From positions 1-32,003 of the IMG/VR virus record IMGVR_UViG_3300017721_001389: a DNA stretch of 32,003 nucleotides; one strand, given 5' to 3'. The position numbers and the translations under genes are program-made. The stretch is from a virus (taxonomy: Duplodnaviria > Caudoviricetes). The notes under the pieces were generated by a model. That model had not been told where the DNA came from and ran no database searches. It was given only the letters and a program-made list of their open reading frames with translations. Numbering within the stretch: the first letter of the stretch is position 1; the number at the start of each line of letters is the position of its first letter. This document shows positions 1 to 9,848 of the stretch, in pieces.

Positions 1-1
1 G

Positions 2-3000
2 GACGGTAGTAACGTAAAAATGTATATCAGTGCATACACAGCAGGTGACGGCCAAGGTGTGGAAATTAATGGCAGTGCTTACACACTTACAGGTGTCCCT
101 GGCTCTGGTAGTGCTCCAAAGCTATTTGACTTAGGGACACAATCTCTTTCTTCAATTTCTTCGACAGCTCCTGGCGGTACTAATCTGCGGTTAAGCAACC
201 CTGTAGTTGACGGCAAAATTCTTATTGACTCCGGCGTATCCGTTGCCGATAATTCATTTAGGCTTTCCTTTGCAGATAATAGCAATGACGCTGCGCTTGG
301 TGCAGACACAAGTGGCAACGGTAATACGTGGACTGTTAATAACTTAACGGCTTTTGGCCGCAATATTTCTGCAGCAGGAAGCATTACTAGTGGTGCTCCT
401 TATGGAACAGGTTTTGATTGGTCACTAGCGTTTGACGGTTCGATTACTAGTGCAGGTGCAGTTGGCAACGTTTCAGGGGCTAACGAGTATGTTCATACAT
501 TTACTACTTCTATACCCTGTACGACTGCAGCCTTTGTCATTTACGAGGATTATGCCAGTACCGTAGAAGGCGGAAATGGATGCGCCATAAATGGCACTGC
601 TTTAGCTGCTACAGCCAGTGCTAATTGGACTAAAACAACAAATACGTTACCAGTGGCCCAACATCAAGTAGGCAATTACTATGTCTATACAATGAATCTA
701 GGTGGCTCGCCATTGTCCTCCGTTGGCGTAAGCAATAGTATGCGTGTCGCCGCGGTTCTAGTTGATGGGGTTCCAATTCCTGCAACGTCAATAGGGACTG
801 ACTCCCTAGTTGACACCCCAACCAACGGCACGCAGACAGACACCGGAATCGGTGGCGAAGTCGTAGCGAATTACCCGACTTGGAACCCCCTTACTTCGTC
901 AACTTCAACCTTTAGTGACGGCAACCTGAAAGTAACTACTGGTGCTAGCTATCCACTAAATCTAACCAACTTTTACACACCTGCTGGTACAGGTAAGTGG
1001 TACTGGGAGTTTGAGTTAAGTGCTTTGGGCACCGGTGGTAACTTCACAATGGTGGGGATGCTTCCTGGAGACAGTGATTATAAGCAAGGCGTTAGCAACG
1101 TTCCAAAAGAAAAGGGAGGAATAAGTATTTATGTTGGTTACGATGGGGACGTTGAAACAGCAAGCGGTGCAGCAACTTTAGGAACCGATACGGCAACTTT
1201 TGGAGTTGGAGATATTCTTGGTTGGGCGTTTGATGCTGAAAACGGAACTCTCCAATGTTACAAGAATGGTGTATCCCAGGGAACTCAATTTACAAATATA
1301 AGAACCGATATTGGCTGGGTATTTTGTGTAACTGATTATGATGGCAGTTCAGGTGCAACTTATATAATTAACTTCGGCCAACGTGCCTTTGCATATGCCG
1401 CACCAAGCGGCTACAAGTGTTTATGCACTTCTTCGTTACCTGAGCCAACGATTGCGGATGGTTCGACGGCGATGGATATTGTTACATATCCGGGCGCTAT
1501 TGGAGATACGTCAATAACATCACTTTCCTTTCAACCAGAGTTCGTGTGGATCAAAAACAGGAGTGCTAACAATAACCACTTAGCGTTTGATGCGATCCGT
1601 GGAGCCACAGAAATGCTCCGACCAGATACTGATCTTGCTGAAAATACTAATACAAATACACTTAAATCATTTGATTCAAATGGTTTTACAGTAGGCGATA
1701 ATGCTAAAACTGGAGCAGATGGCTCTAGCTATGTTGCATGGGCGTGGAACGCCGGAGCTAATAGCAACAAGACCTATGCAATTACAGTTGCAAATCCTGG
1801 TTCTGGAAACAAGTATTATGCCGATGGTGCTCAACAACCAACGCTAACTCTTGCAGAAGGCAGCACCTACAAGTTTGATCAATCAGACTCGTCAAACGCT
1901 ACAGGTGGCGGTCATCCTTTGAGATTCTCAACCAATAGCGATGGCACGCATGCTTCTGGTGGAACGGAATACACAACAGGTGTGACGACTGTAGGAACGC
2001 CAGGCAGTGCCGGAGCTTATACACAGATTGTGATAGCAGCAAGCGCACCGACGTTGTATGCGTATTGTGAGAATCATTCTGGAATGGGCTTCCAGGTCAA
2101 TACAAGCGATACTGAAGGATCTACGATTGTTGCTGGTAGTTTAAATAGCTCAACATATACGCAGAGTGCGACGTACAGCAATTATATATATGGATCGGTC
2201 CCAACTAACAAGGCAAATGCTTTTGACGGCAGCACTTCAACGTACTGCGAATCACAAGCGACTGGAACAAACTTAACCCTCGAATTTCTTCCCAGCCCAG
2301 CTATTTCATTTACTTCTAAGTTAGAAGTTTATTGTAATATATCAGCCGCTAATACAACAGCATCTTGGGACGGTAATTCTGTTACCCCTGTTCAAGGTCA
2401 GTGGACAACAGTATTTAGTGGTTCTGGCACGATTGACGGAACAGATTCACTTGTAATTAGCACTAATGGCTCTTTCTCGAAAGCAACAATAGGCGGTATT
2501 AGGGTAGACGGTAAAATCTTGGTAGACTCCGGTGTCACACCACCAAACGTCCCAAGCATCGCATCACGGGTGATGGCGTCACCCGAAAGCGGGTTCAGTA
2601 TTGTGTCTTATGAGGGAGATGGTAGCGCTTCAGGAACTATTGGTCATGGATTAAATGCACCGCCGAGCATGATTATGGTCAAAAACCGTGATGTTGCTGA
2701 TGCGGGCGTTATATATCATGTTGGGACAGACGCAACAAGTCCACAAGACTATTATTTAAAGTTATTTGCCGGGAACGGTGCCGCCATACGTTCAAACACA
2801 GGAGCTATATGGAACGATACCTCTCCAACTTCAAGTGCTTTTAGTGTTGGCACAGATGATAAAGTAAACGCTAGTACAGAGGATTACATCGCTTACTGTT
2901 TCAGCAGTGTCGAAGGGTATAGTTCCGTGGGTGCATTTTTAGGCAATGGAGCCGCTGATGGTCCGTTTGTGTACACCGGCCATTCTGTAGCTTGGGTAAT

Positions 3001-3241
3001 GATAAAAAGTGCTGTTTCTGGTAACCATTGGTATACATTTGACTCTAAAAGAGGAGAAGGAACACTAGTTCCAAATGTCAGCAATCAGGAAACTGATTTT
3101 GGAATTACTGATCGAATCGATTTATTAAGCAATGGATTTAAGATACGCACTGCAAGTTCTATAAATAGCAACAATGAAACTCATGTATATCTCGCATTTG
3201 CTTCTAACCCGTTCGCCAGCAATGGCGGGCTTGCTCGTTGA
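2..3241 (+). CDS. Modular tail fibre / virion receptor-binding protein with SPRY-like domain, 5'-truncated
   Basis: The frame is open from base 2 (DGSNVKMYI), so the true start probably lies upstream of the window. Gly/Ser/Thr-rich. SPRY-like segment GKWYWEFE...GDILGWAFDAENG...INFGQRAF. Marine phage fibre-type motifs FQPEFVWIKNRS, GFSIVSYEG, HGLNAPPSMIMVKNR and YLAFASNPF. Confidence 0.8.
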   Translation, partial: DGSNVKMYISAYTAGDGQGVEINGSAYTLTGVPGSGSAPKLFDLGTQSLSSISSTAPGGTNLRLSNPVVDGKILIDSGVSVADNSFRLSFADNSNDAALGADTSGNGNTWTVNNLTAFGRNISAAGSITSGAPYGTGFDWSLAFDGSITSAGAVGNVSGANEYVHTFTTSIPCTTAAFVIYEDYASTVEGGNGCAINGTALAATASANWTKTTNTLPVAQHQVGNYYVYTMNLGGSPLSSVGVSNSMRVAAVLVDGVPIPATSIGTDSLVDTPTNGTQTDTGIGGEVVANYPTWNPLTSSTSTFSDGNLKVTTGASYPLNLTNFYTPAGTGKWYWEFELSALGTGGNFTMVGMLPGDSDYKQGVSNVPKEKGGISIYVGYDGDVETASGAATLGTDTATFGVGDILGWAFDAENGTLQCYKNGVSQGTQFTNIRTDIGWVFCVTDYDGSSGATYIINFGQRAFAYAAPSGYKCLCTSSLPEPTIADGSTAMDIVTYPGAIGDTSITSLSFQPEFVWIKNRSANNNHLAFDAIRGATEMLRPDTDLAENTNTNTLKSFDSNGFTVGDNAKTGADGSSYVAWAWNAGANSNKTYAITVANPGSGNKYYADGAQQPTLTLAEGSTYKFDQSDSSNATGGGHPLRFSTNSDGTHASGGTEYTTGVTTVGTPGSAGAYTQIVIAASAPTLYAYCENHSGMGFQVNTSDTEGSTIVAGSLNSSTYTQSATYSNYIYGSVPTNKANAFDGSTSTYCESQATGTNLTLEFLPSPAISFTSKLEVYCNISAANTTASWDGNSVTPVQGQWTTVFSGSGTIDGTDSLVISTNGSFSKATIGGIRVDGKILVDSGVTPPNVPSIASRVMASPESGFSIVSYEGDGSASGTIGHGLNAPPSMIMVKNRDVADAGVIYHVGTDATSPQDYYLKLFAGNGAAIRSNTGAIWNDTSPTSSAFSVGTDDKVNASTEDYIAYCFSSVEGYSSVGAFLGNGAADGPFVYTGHSVAWVMIKSAVSGNHWYTFDSKRGEGTLVPNVSNQETDFGITDRIDLLSNGFKIRTASSINSNNETHVYLAFASNPFASNGGLAR

Positions 3242-3265
3242 CCTTTTTTCATCACCCTCACAATC

Positions 3266-3838
3266 ATGCTTTTACTAAACGGCAAACCTTTGAGCTATGA
3301 CAGGGCATTTACGGATGCTTCTGGTACTCAGTACCCAGCAAACTGGCTGCGATTAGCTTCACTTGCAGAAAAGCAAGCTATTGGCATTACAGAAGTTGCT
3401 AGTGATCCTGTTTATGACCAACGGTTCTATTGGGGCGTTGACAGCCCTAAGCAACTTGAAGATGTTACTGATGAAGGCGGTAATGTCACAACTGGATTAA
3501 AGACGTTGTGGTCTGCTGAACAAGGTGAGATCGCAGCTTTGCTGCTGGCCCCTAGTGACTGGCGTGTCATTAAAGCCAAAGAGACTGGGTCTAATATCCC
3601 GTCGGCTTGGAAGACATACCGTGCTGCTGTACGGACAGCGTGTAATACACGTCAAGCCGAGATCGATGCTGTTGCTGATGCACCATCTTTAAAAGAATTG
3701 TTATTTGGTGCAGCTACTATTACACAACAAAAAACTGATGCCGACGGCAATGTTGTTGTTGATGATGATGGTAACACTGTGATGGAAACAGTTACTAATC
3801 CTGCTATTGCAACCCCCTGGCCAGCCCCACTGGAATAA
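3266..3838 (+). CDS. Tail fibre assembly chaperone-like protein
   Basis: Directly follows the fibre gene. LLAPSDWRV...WKTYRAAVR matches the L-x2-(S/T)DW...W-x2-YR motif of tail assembly chaperones. N-terminal QYPANWLRL motif. Confidence 0.7.
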   Translation: MLLLNGKPLSYDRAFTDASGTQYPANWLRLASLAEKQAIGITEVASDPVYDQRFYWGVDSPKQLEDVTDEGGNVTTGLKTLWSAEQGEIAALLLAPSDWRVIKAKETGSNIPSAWKTYRAAVRTACNTRQAEIDAVADAPSLKELLFGAATITQQKTDADGNVVVDDDGNTVMETVTNPAIATPWPAPLE

Positions 3839-3860
3839 TATATATAGCACGAGGTACTAA

Positions 3861-4031
3861 ATGGCCCTTGATTTTCCTGCACCAACAACGGTAGGCGAAG
3901 TATTTACTCAGGGCTCGTTAACATATACTTGGGATGGAGTGAAATGGGTTGGCCAATCGTCAGCCTCGTCCTCATCATCAGGTGGCATAACTACAGCACA
4001 GGCTATCGCTTTCGCAATCGCATTAGGTTAA
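3861..4031 (+). CDS. 56-aa small virion protein (not in ORF track)
   Basis: Hand translation MALDFPAPTTVGEVFTQGSLTYTWDGVKWVGQSSASSSSSGGITTAQAIAFAIALG*. GAGGT RBS at 3851-3855. Fills the gap and ends 6 nt before the next ATG. Confidence 0.85.
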   Translation: MALDFPAPTTVGEVFTQGSLTYTWDGVKWVGQSSASSSSSGGITTAQAIAFAIALG

Positions 4032-4037
4032 TTAATC

Positions 4038-7000
4038 ATGGCAAAAAAGCTTGTAAGCCAGTATACTTTTACTCCTGGCACGTCAGGTGTGGGCACCATT
4101 GTCTTGCCTGGTGTTGTTCCGCTAAAGGCGATTCAATTAATCACAAATGTTACTGATAATTTAATCATCTATAATTTTGCTGCAACTGGCAGCGGAGGCA
4201 CCGCAGTAGTTGACCATGAGAATCAGGAGACAACTTTAACTCTCGATTTTGACACCTCTGCTATGAATGCAGCCGATGAGCTGCAGGTCTTTATCGATAA
4301 AGAATTTCAAAATGTAGATTTCAATGAGGCTTACGTTGATCCAGTAAACAAGCTTAGGGTTTCAACTCCATCTAACCTGATTGATACAGACTTTGAGTAC
4401 GGGTTGCAGCCATCAAAGTGGGAAACACTAGAAGTAGTTAATAGCATCCCAGCCTTTTATCCTTCTCAGTCTAATATTACTGTTACTGATATTCTTAGTG
4501 TCACAAGTGTCGCCAATAGTGACGTTATTACTTGTACTACTGCAAATACGCATGGCTTGACGGTCGGTACGCCAGTCGACGTTCGAGGCCTAAGTTCATA
4601 TACGGCTGAAGGAAAGTATCTCGTAAGCAAAGTGCCTACAACTACCACTTTTGCATACAACGCTCGGACAGTTCAAAGTGCAACTGCAACATTAAATGGT
4701 GCTTATACATCCATTGTCCCTGGGGAATTTTACACTGCAAGTGACATAAATTTCAACAAAACCACTGGAATCACTACAGACAATGCAACACCTTCTACTC
4801 TGACAGTTAATACTGATTACAATCATGGGCTGACTGCAGACACTCAGATTTATTTAAGAAATACAATCGGGCAAAAAGTTAATACTTTACAAGGTACATT
4901 GACTGATAATGCTGCGGATGGGCGGCCAATTATTGACCATGAGAATATACTAAATAATAATGTATCTTTTACTCCTACATTAACCGAAGCTAAAGAAAAG
5001 ACTGGAATTTATTCTTTCAAGATTCAAGCGGCAGACGTCGATATTTCTACCAATAAAATCTTATGGACTAACAACAGCTTAGCCATTGGTGATGCTTTGT
5101 TGTACATCCCTCCTGCTGGTGATACTGAGATTGGCGGCCTGCAACGATTTCAGATTTACTACGTCAAGTCTGTCGACTCTGCCGGAATTACATTATGCGA
5201 AACGACTGGCGGTACTTATGCTACTAATGCAGCGATTAATTTCACTTCTGCTGGAACCTATGATTTTGGCAGGGGACAATTTCAATTGGTTTACGAAGTA
5301 AAAGAATTACAAAGAGAACCTTCCGCCGCGACGGTGTGTATACAATATAAAAAGAAAAAGTGTAAAGCATATGGTACGAGATATTCCTCTACAACTAAAA
5401 CAATTATTCGCACTAGGGCAAAAGTAGATAACACCACCACGGAAGGCTCTGGTCGGGACTTAATGTCTGCCGGACAGTCAAATGCTTCTAATACTGGGAA
5501 TTCAGGTTATTGGGGCGTTTCTGAGCTGCAAGCTGATCGGTTTGTTTTGGCTAAAAAGTCAGCCGGTCTTCCTGCTACCAACGTTTGGGATGGTCTTATC
5601 TACAACAGTACTTATGACGCCAACTTTACATTTGGTAAGTCTGGAACATTGCCGGATGGGTATGAATTTGTTGAGGACTTTTCCAGGTATGAAAACGGTG
5701 GCGGAAATTACACCGGAGCCGGTGGAACTAATTTGATGACTGCCTCAACGGCTGGTGAGCTTGTAGTGGATAGTGTAAGTTCTGGTAGCTATACGAATGT
5801 TGTTCCTGCTACCGGAGATCCAGCCTTTACTGAGACCTATTCAGATGGAGACGTATTTATTTGCCCGCTAATGGCTGATACCGAAGCGGATACTATGTTT
5901 CTCCCTGGCCATAACTTATCTTACGGTACATCTATTTCAATTGCTTTGGATTCAGGTAATCCGATACAAACACAAGCGGAGGCTGCAACCGCCACAGAAG
6001 TTCCAAGTTTTACAACGCAAACGCACCCGTTGACTGTTACTGGCGAAGTGATGTCACCGGATCGCATCAAACTGCAAATTGGTGGTACTAATCAAAGAAT
6101 TCGCGTTGCCGACGGCGCATATACTGCGACTTATACCGACGAAAACGCAACTGCGAATAGTATCTATATTCAAAACCATGGATTAGTTAGTGGCGAGTCA
6201 GTCAGCTTTTCTGCTGGAACCAATGGAGTGCTTCCGACATTATCAACCAATGCTCCTACTCCTACACCAAACGGCGCCATCGCAGAAGCTATTTTTAGGG
6301 CGACTGAGGAAGCGTTGGATGATATAAGGACAACAATGGGTGCAGATGCTGCAAACTTGCTTATTAATGGCACGAATGCTGTAACGCCATTCAATGGGAC
6401 AGCTAGCACTGTAACTGATGGCACGATGACTTTAAGCCATACAATGAATTCAGTTACTGTTCAGCACAAGGTAACAAGTGGAGGGAGTCTAGTGACAAGC
6501 TATACTACCACCGAAAACTTTCCAACAACCAATAATAATTGGAGCCAAGGAGTCGCTTATAATTATATGAGCGGAACGCCTTTTGGTGGTTATGCCTACA
6601 ATGTTGTTCAAACAAAATTCGAGCAGAATCAGGAAAGGCCGTATTGGATCACCGTCTTTGAAGTTCCAGATCCTAGCAAGATACCTAATATTGAAAGCAT
6701 TTCAGTCAATGATCAAACCGTATCCTATTTAGCAAGTGCTCTTTCTACAACCGAAACCAGTAATGTTAACGACTTTAGCGCAAGTACACCTGTACTTACA
6801 AATGGATGGCGCTATACGCATGACGGTGTATTCTCACCTCCAAGCACTTCTGCCAATCAACAGCACGGACTATTTAGCGTTGCCTTAATTGTCGACAACA
6901 CGACCTATGCAGGGCATTCAACAGACTCCACTGAAACTATTAACTTTGGTACTTTGCAAGGCAATTCTACGAATAGGTCGGCCAGCTTTATTGGCGCTTC

Positions 7001-9848
7001 GGGTTCGCGTTATTTGATACAGATTCTTCTGCCGGTCAAGTCAGGAGCAGATCCTGCTGGTACTGAGTATGGACTTACCAGTGGTAGCATCACTCATGTA
7101 GATGATATTGCAGAAAAAATTGCATTTAAAATCAGAGACAATGTAATCGCAGCGACATACACCCCGTCTCTCACCAACGCTCTTGTAAAAGTTGTCGATG
7201 GAGATCGAGTTTCATTGCAAAATACTAACGGGGTTATATTTGACTTTACCAGCAGCGGCACTGCGCCTATCAACGTGAACTTGGGCACTAGTATTGGAGC
7301 TCTGGACGGCACGCAGATCGTCTCTTCAGTTACTGCCAATAGTTTCTCGCTTGCCTCTAGTTCCGCTATTCCTCCGAGAAATTTAGAGGTACCTGGCACA
7401 GCCATTAGCAATATCAGTACTAGATGCATCTTTAATTACAGCGACCATAGCCTTGATTTTGAGCAAGCAATTGTTTTTTCAGACCCTGCAGTTGCATTTA
7501 GCGGACTTACTGACGGAGCTACATACTACGCCATTCCTTTAGACAAGGATAACTTTGAAATCGCCACAACAGTAGACAATGCTTTGAATAGTATTGGGGT
7601 AACTGTCACTGCTCCTATATCTGGCAATTATAGTTTTTCAGTCTCAAGTGTCACTGGCCTGACGCCTGCTGCCGGATTGGTTACTACCGAACTTGGATCT
7701 ATTGTCGTGAATGGCAATGATGAAGCACTCTTCAAGCAATATTACAAGCCGGGAGATATTATTTATATTGTAAACGACGGAACAACACCCGGTCGCGTTA
7801 GTCAATTTACAATCTCCTCTATTCCAGAAAATAACAAATTAAATCTTACTACGGCTGCAGACTTCACATCAACTGATACAAATTACTTGGTAAGAACTGC
7901 TGCGTATGTTCGCCCCGACGGTACGTTTATTCACCGCCCATTTGATGGTGGCGTCGAGATTACTGCTGGCACTTCTCCAAATTCCAAGATCATTCGTCAA
8001 ACCCGTAAGTATTTCCGGTATCAGTCAGGCAAAGGATTGCAATGCTCTATTGCGATCAACTTTAATCCAGCACGGTCAATCGAATTAATTACTGGCGACA
8101 CAACAAATCAAGAATTTACGATTTATACTACTTATCCTCATGGATTAACACAAGGCGATACCTTCCTTCTTCGCGGCATAACAAGTACTGGCTTCAATGG
8201 GCAATATCAAGTCGCCACATTTGATGATTTTAGTTTTACAGCTAGTGCTATCGTATCAATTAACACTTCACTGCCTACAGGCATTGGTGAATGGGCCCCT
8301 GTTGAATGGCAAGGCGCGTCGGTTCGTTGTGGAATGTTTGACGATCAAAATGGCTTCTTCTATGAATTCGATGGCCAATCCTTAAAAGCCTGCAGACGCG
8401 ATTCAGTTACTCAGATCTCGGGTAATGCTTCAGTCAGCAACGGATCAAACATTGTTACTGGCTTGAATACCTCTTTCACGCAACAGTTAACGTCTGGTGA
8501 CAATATTGTTATCAGGGGACAAAGCTATAAAGTTACAGCCGTGGAAAGTCCGACTGCAATTCATATTCAGCCAACTTATAGAGGATCAAGTCAACAGCGT
8601 GTCATTATTGCTAAAACTATTGATTATAAAGTACCTCAAAGCAATTGGAACTTGGACACTGCAGACGGCAATGGTCCTTCTGGATTTAAAGTAGATCCGA
8701 CCAAAATCCAAATGGTTTACATGGATTATTCTTGGTATGGCGCTGGAAAAATCAGGTTTGGTTTTAAAGATACTGTAGGCAAGGTCAGGTATATGCATCA
8801 ATTTGTCCATAACAACGAGCTTAACGAAGCGTACATGCGCTCCGGCAACCTTCCGGGACGTTATGAAATTGAAAACGTAGGTACTCCTACTTATGTGCCA
8901 ACGTTGTTCCATTGGGGCACCTCAATCATCATGGATGGTGGCTTTGATGACGATAAGGCTTACCTCTTTACGGCCCCAAGTAATAGCCTGCAGTTTACAA
9001 ATGGCATTGGCAATATCACCGCAACGACAGTTGGAGCCTCTACATTAATTGACAGAAAGAGTATATTTTACAAAAGTAAAGATTTTTATGTACGAATTCC
9101 ATTCGACATTGCTGATGCGGCAAAGTTTTCAACAGGAGTACTTTTGTTTGGAACTGGCCTTGATGCCGCTGGAGAACAAGTAGCATTTACTGACTATGCC
9201 AATGGAAACTTTAATGCCTATATTTTTGTAACTACTAGCAGATACACACCTTCTCCTGGGTCTTACTCAAGCGTTGCTAGTGGCACATCGGTCAGCATCG
9301 GAGCACCTTCCGGCGGCTCAAATGAGGACTTAGAACTGCTGGTGGACTTAGTACCGATTGTGTCGATCCGACTTGCACCATCTGTAGACAATAATTTAAC
9401 AGGTGCTGTTGGCGACCGTGACATTATCAACAGGATGCAATTACAACTAAGACAGCTAGGCTTAAATACCACTCATAATGTAGAAATCGAATTGGTTTTG
9501 AATGGTTCTCTTAGTTCAATTGATTACGAGAAAGTCCAGTCACCTTCTCTCTCACAGCTTATTAAGCACGTTAAAGGTGATACCATCGTTGGCGGAACTC
9601 CGGTCTTCAGTCTCCGTGCATCAGGAGGCCAAGTTGACAGTACTGGCAAGCGTAATTCAGAAGCCGTTGACTTCGATCTTTCTAAAATCACTGACTTGGG
9701 CAACTCAATCCTTGGAGGAGACAATGTTTTTCCAAACGGGCCTGACTTGATCACAATTGCAGCGCGGATTGTCGACACTGCAGAAGTGACTGGCGATGCA
9801 CCATTTAAGATTGCAGGCCGCCTTACTTGGACTGAATCTCAAGCTTAA
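4038..9848 (+). CDS. Large (1936 aa) virion structural protein, tail/baseplate-associated, with repeated HGL-x2-G beta modules
   Basis: Thr/Ser/Gly-rich. N-terminal LITNVTDNLIIYNFA and LRVSTPSNLIDTDFEYGLQ, and C-terminal RQTRKYFRYQSGKG...YSWYGAG, recalled from marine phage virion proteins. About 7 HGL/HNL/HSL-type repeats. Confidence 0.7.
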   Translation: MAKKLVSQYTFTPGTSGVGTIVLPGVVPLKAIQLITNVTDNLIIYNFAATGSGGTAVVDHENQETTLTLDFDTSAMNAADELQVFIDKEFQNVDFNEAYVDPVNKLRVSTPSNLIDTDFEYGLQPSKWETLEVVNSIPAFYPSQSNITVTDILSVTSVANSDVITCTTANTHGLTVGTPVDVRGLSSYTAEGKYLVSKVPTTTTFAYNARTVQSATATLNGAYTSIVPGEFYTASDINFNKTTGITTDNATPSTLTVNTDYNHGLTADTQIYLRNTIGQKVNTLQGTLTDNAADGRPIIDHENILNNNVSFTPTLTEAKEKTGIYSFKIQAADVDISTNKILWTNNSLAIGDALLYIPPAGDTEIGGLQRFQIYYVKSVDSAGITLCETTGGTYATNAAINFTSAGTYDFGRGQFQLVYEVKELQREPSAATVCIQYKKKKCKAYGTRYSSTTKTIIRTRAKVDNTTTEGSGRDLMSAGQSNASNTGNSGYWGVSELQADRFVLAKKSAGLPATNVWDGLIYNSTYDANFTFGKSGTLPDGYEFVEDFSRYENGGGNYTGAGGTNLMTASTAGELVVDSVSSGSYTNVVPATGDPAFTETYSDGDVFICPLMADTEADTMFLPGHNLSYGTSISIALDSGNPIQTQAEAATATEVPSFTTQTHPLTVTGEVMSPDRIKLQIGGTNQRIRVADGAYTATYTDENATANSIYIQNHGLVSGESVSFSAGTNGVLPTLSTNAPTPTPNGAIAEAIFRATEEALDDIRTTMGADAANLLINGTNAVTPFNGTASTVTDGTMTLSHTMNSVTVQHKVTSGGSLVTSYTTTENFPTTNNNWSQGVAYNYMSGTPFGGYAYNVVQTKFEQNQERPYWITVFEVPDPSKIPNIESISVNDQTVSYLASALSTTETSNVNDFSASTPVLTNGWRYTHDGVFSPPSTSANQQHGLFSVALIVDNTTYAGHSTDSTETINFGTLQGNSTNRSASFIGASGSRYLIQILLPVKSGADPAGTEYGLTSGSITHVDDIAEKIAFKIRDNVIAATYTPSLTNALVKVVDGDRVSLQNTNGVIFDFTSSGTAPINVNLGTSIGALDGTQIVSSVTANSFSLASSSAIPPRNLEVPGTAISNISTRCIFNYSDHSLDFEQAIVFSDPAVAFSGLTDGATYYAIPLDKDNFEIATTVDNALNSIGVTVTAPISGNYSFSVSSVTGLTPAAGLVTTELGSIVVNGNDEALFKQYYKPGDIIYIVNDGTTPGRVSQFTISSIPENNKLNLTTAADFTSTDTNYLVRTAAYVRPDGTFIHRPFDGGVEITAGTSPNSKIIRQTRKYFRYQSGKGLQCSIAINFNPARSIELITGDTTNQEFTIYTTYPHGLTQGDTFLLRGITSTGFNGQYQVATFDDFSFTASAIVSINTSLPTGIGEWAPVEWQGASVRCGMFDDQNGFFYEFDGQSLKACRRDSVTQISGNASVSNGSNIVTGLNTSFTQQLTSGDNIVIRGQSYKVTAVESPTAIHIQPTYRGSSQQRVIIAKTIDYKVPQSNWNLDTADGNGPSGFKVDPTKIQMVYMDYSWYGAGKIRFGFKDTVGKVRYMHQFVHNNELNEAYMRSGNLPGRYEIENVGTPTYVPTLFHWGTSIIMDGGFDDDKAYLFTAPSNSLQFTNGIGNITATTVGASTLIDRKSIFYKSKDFYVRIPFDIADAAKFSTGVLLFGTGLDAAGEQVAFTDYANGNFNAYIFVTTSRYTPSPGSYSSVASGTSVSIGAPSGGSNEDLELLVDLVPIVSIRLAPSVDNNLTGAVGDRDIINRMQLQLRQLGLNTTHNVEIELVLNGSLSSIDYEKVQSPSLSQLIKHVKGDTIVGGTPVFSLRASGGQVDSTGKRNSEAVDFDLSKITDLGNSILGGDNVFPNGPDLITIAARIVDTAEVTGDAPFKIAGRLTWTESQA

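Noticed and set aside
3929-4156. 75-aa ORF from the track
   Set aside because: Overlaps two better-supported genes (3861-4031 with RBS, and 4038 onward) in another frame.
20-9848. Diversity-generating retroelement or invertible cassette acting on the fibre genes
   Set aside because: No reverse transcriptase, no TR/VR pair differing at adenines, and no invertase or inverted crossover sites seen in this window.
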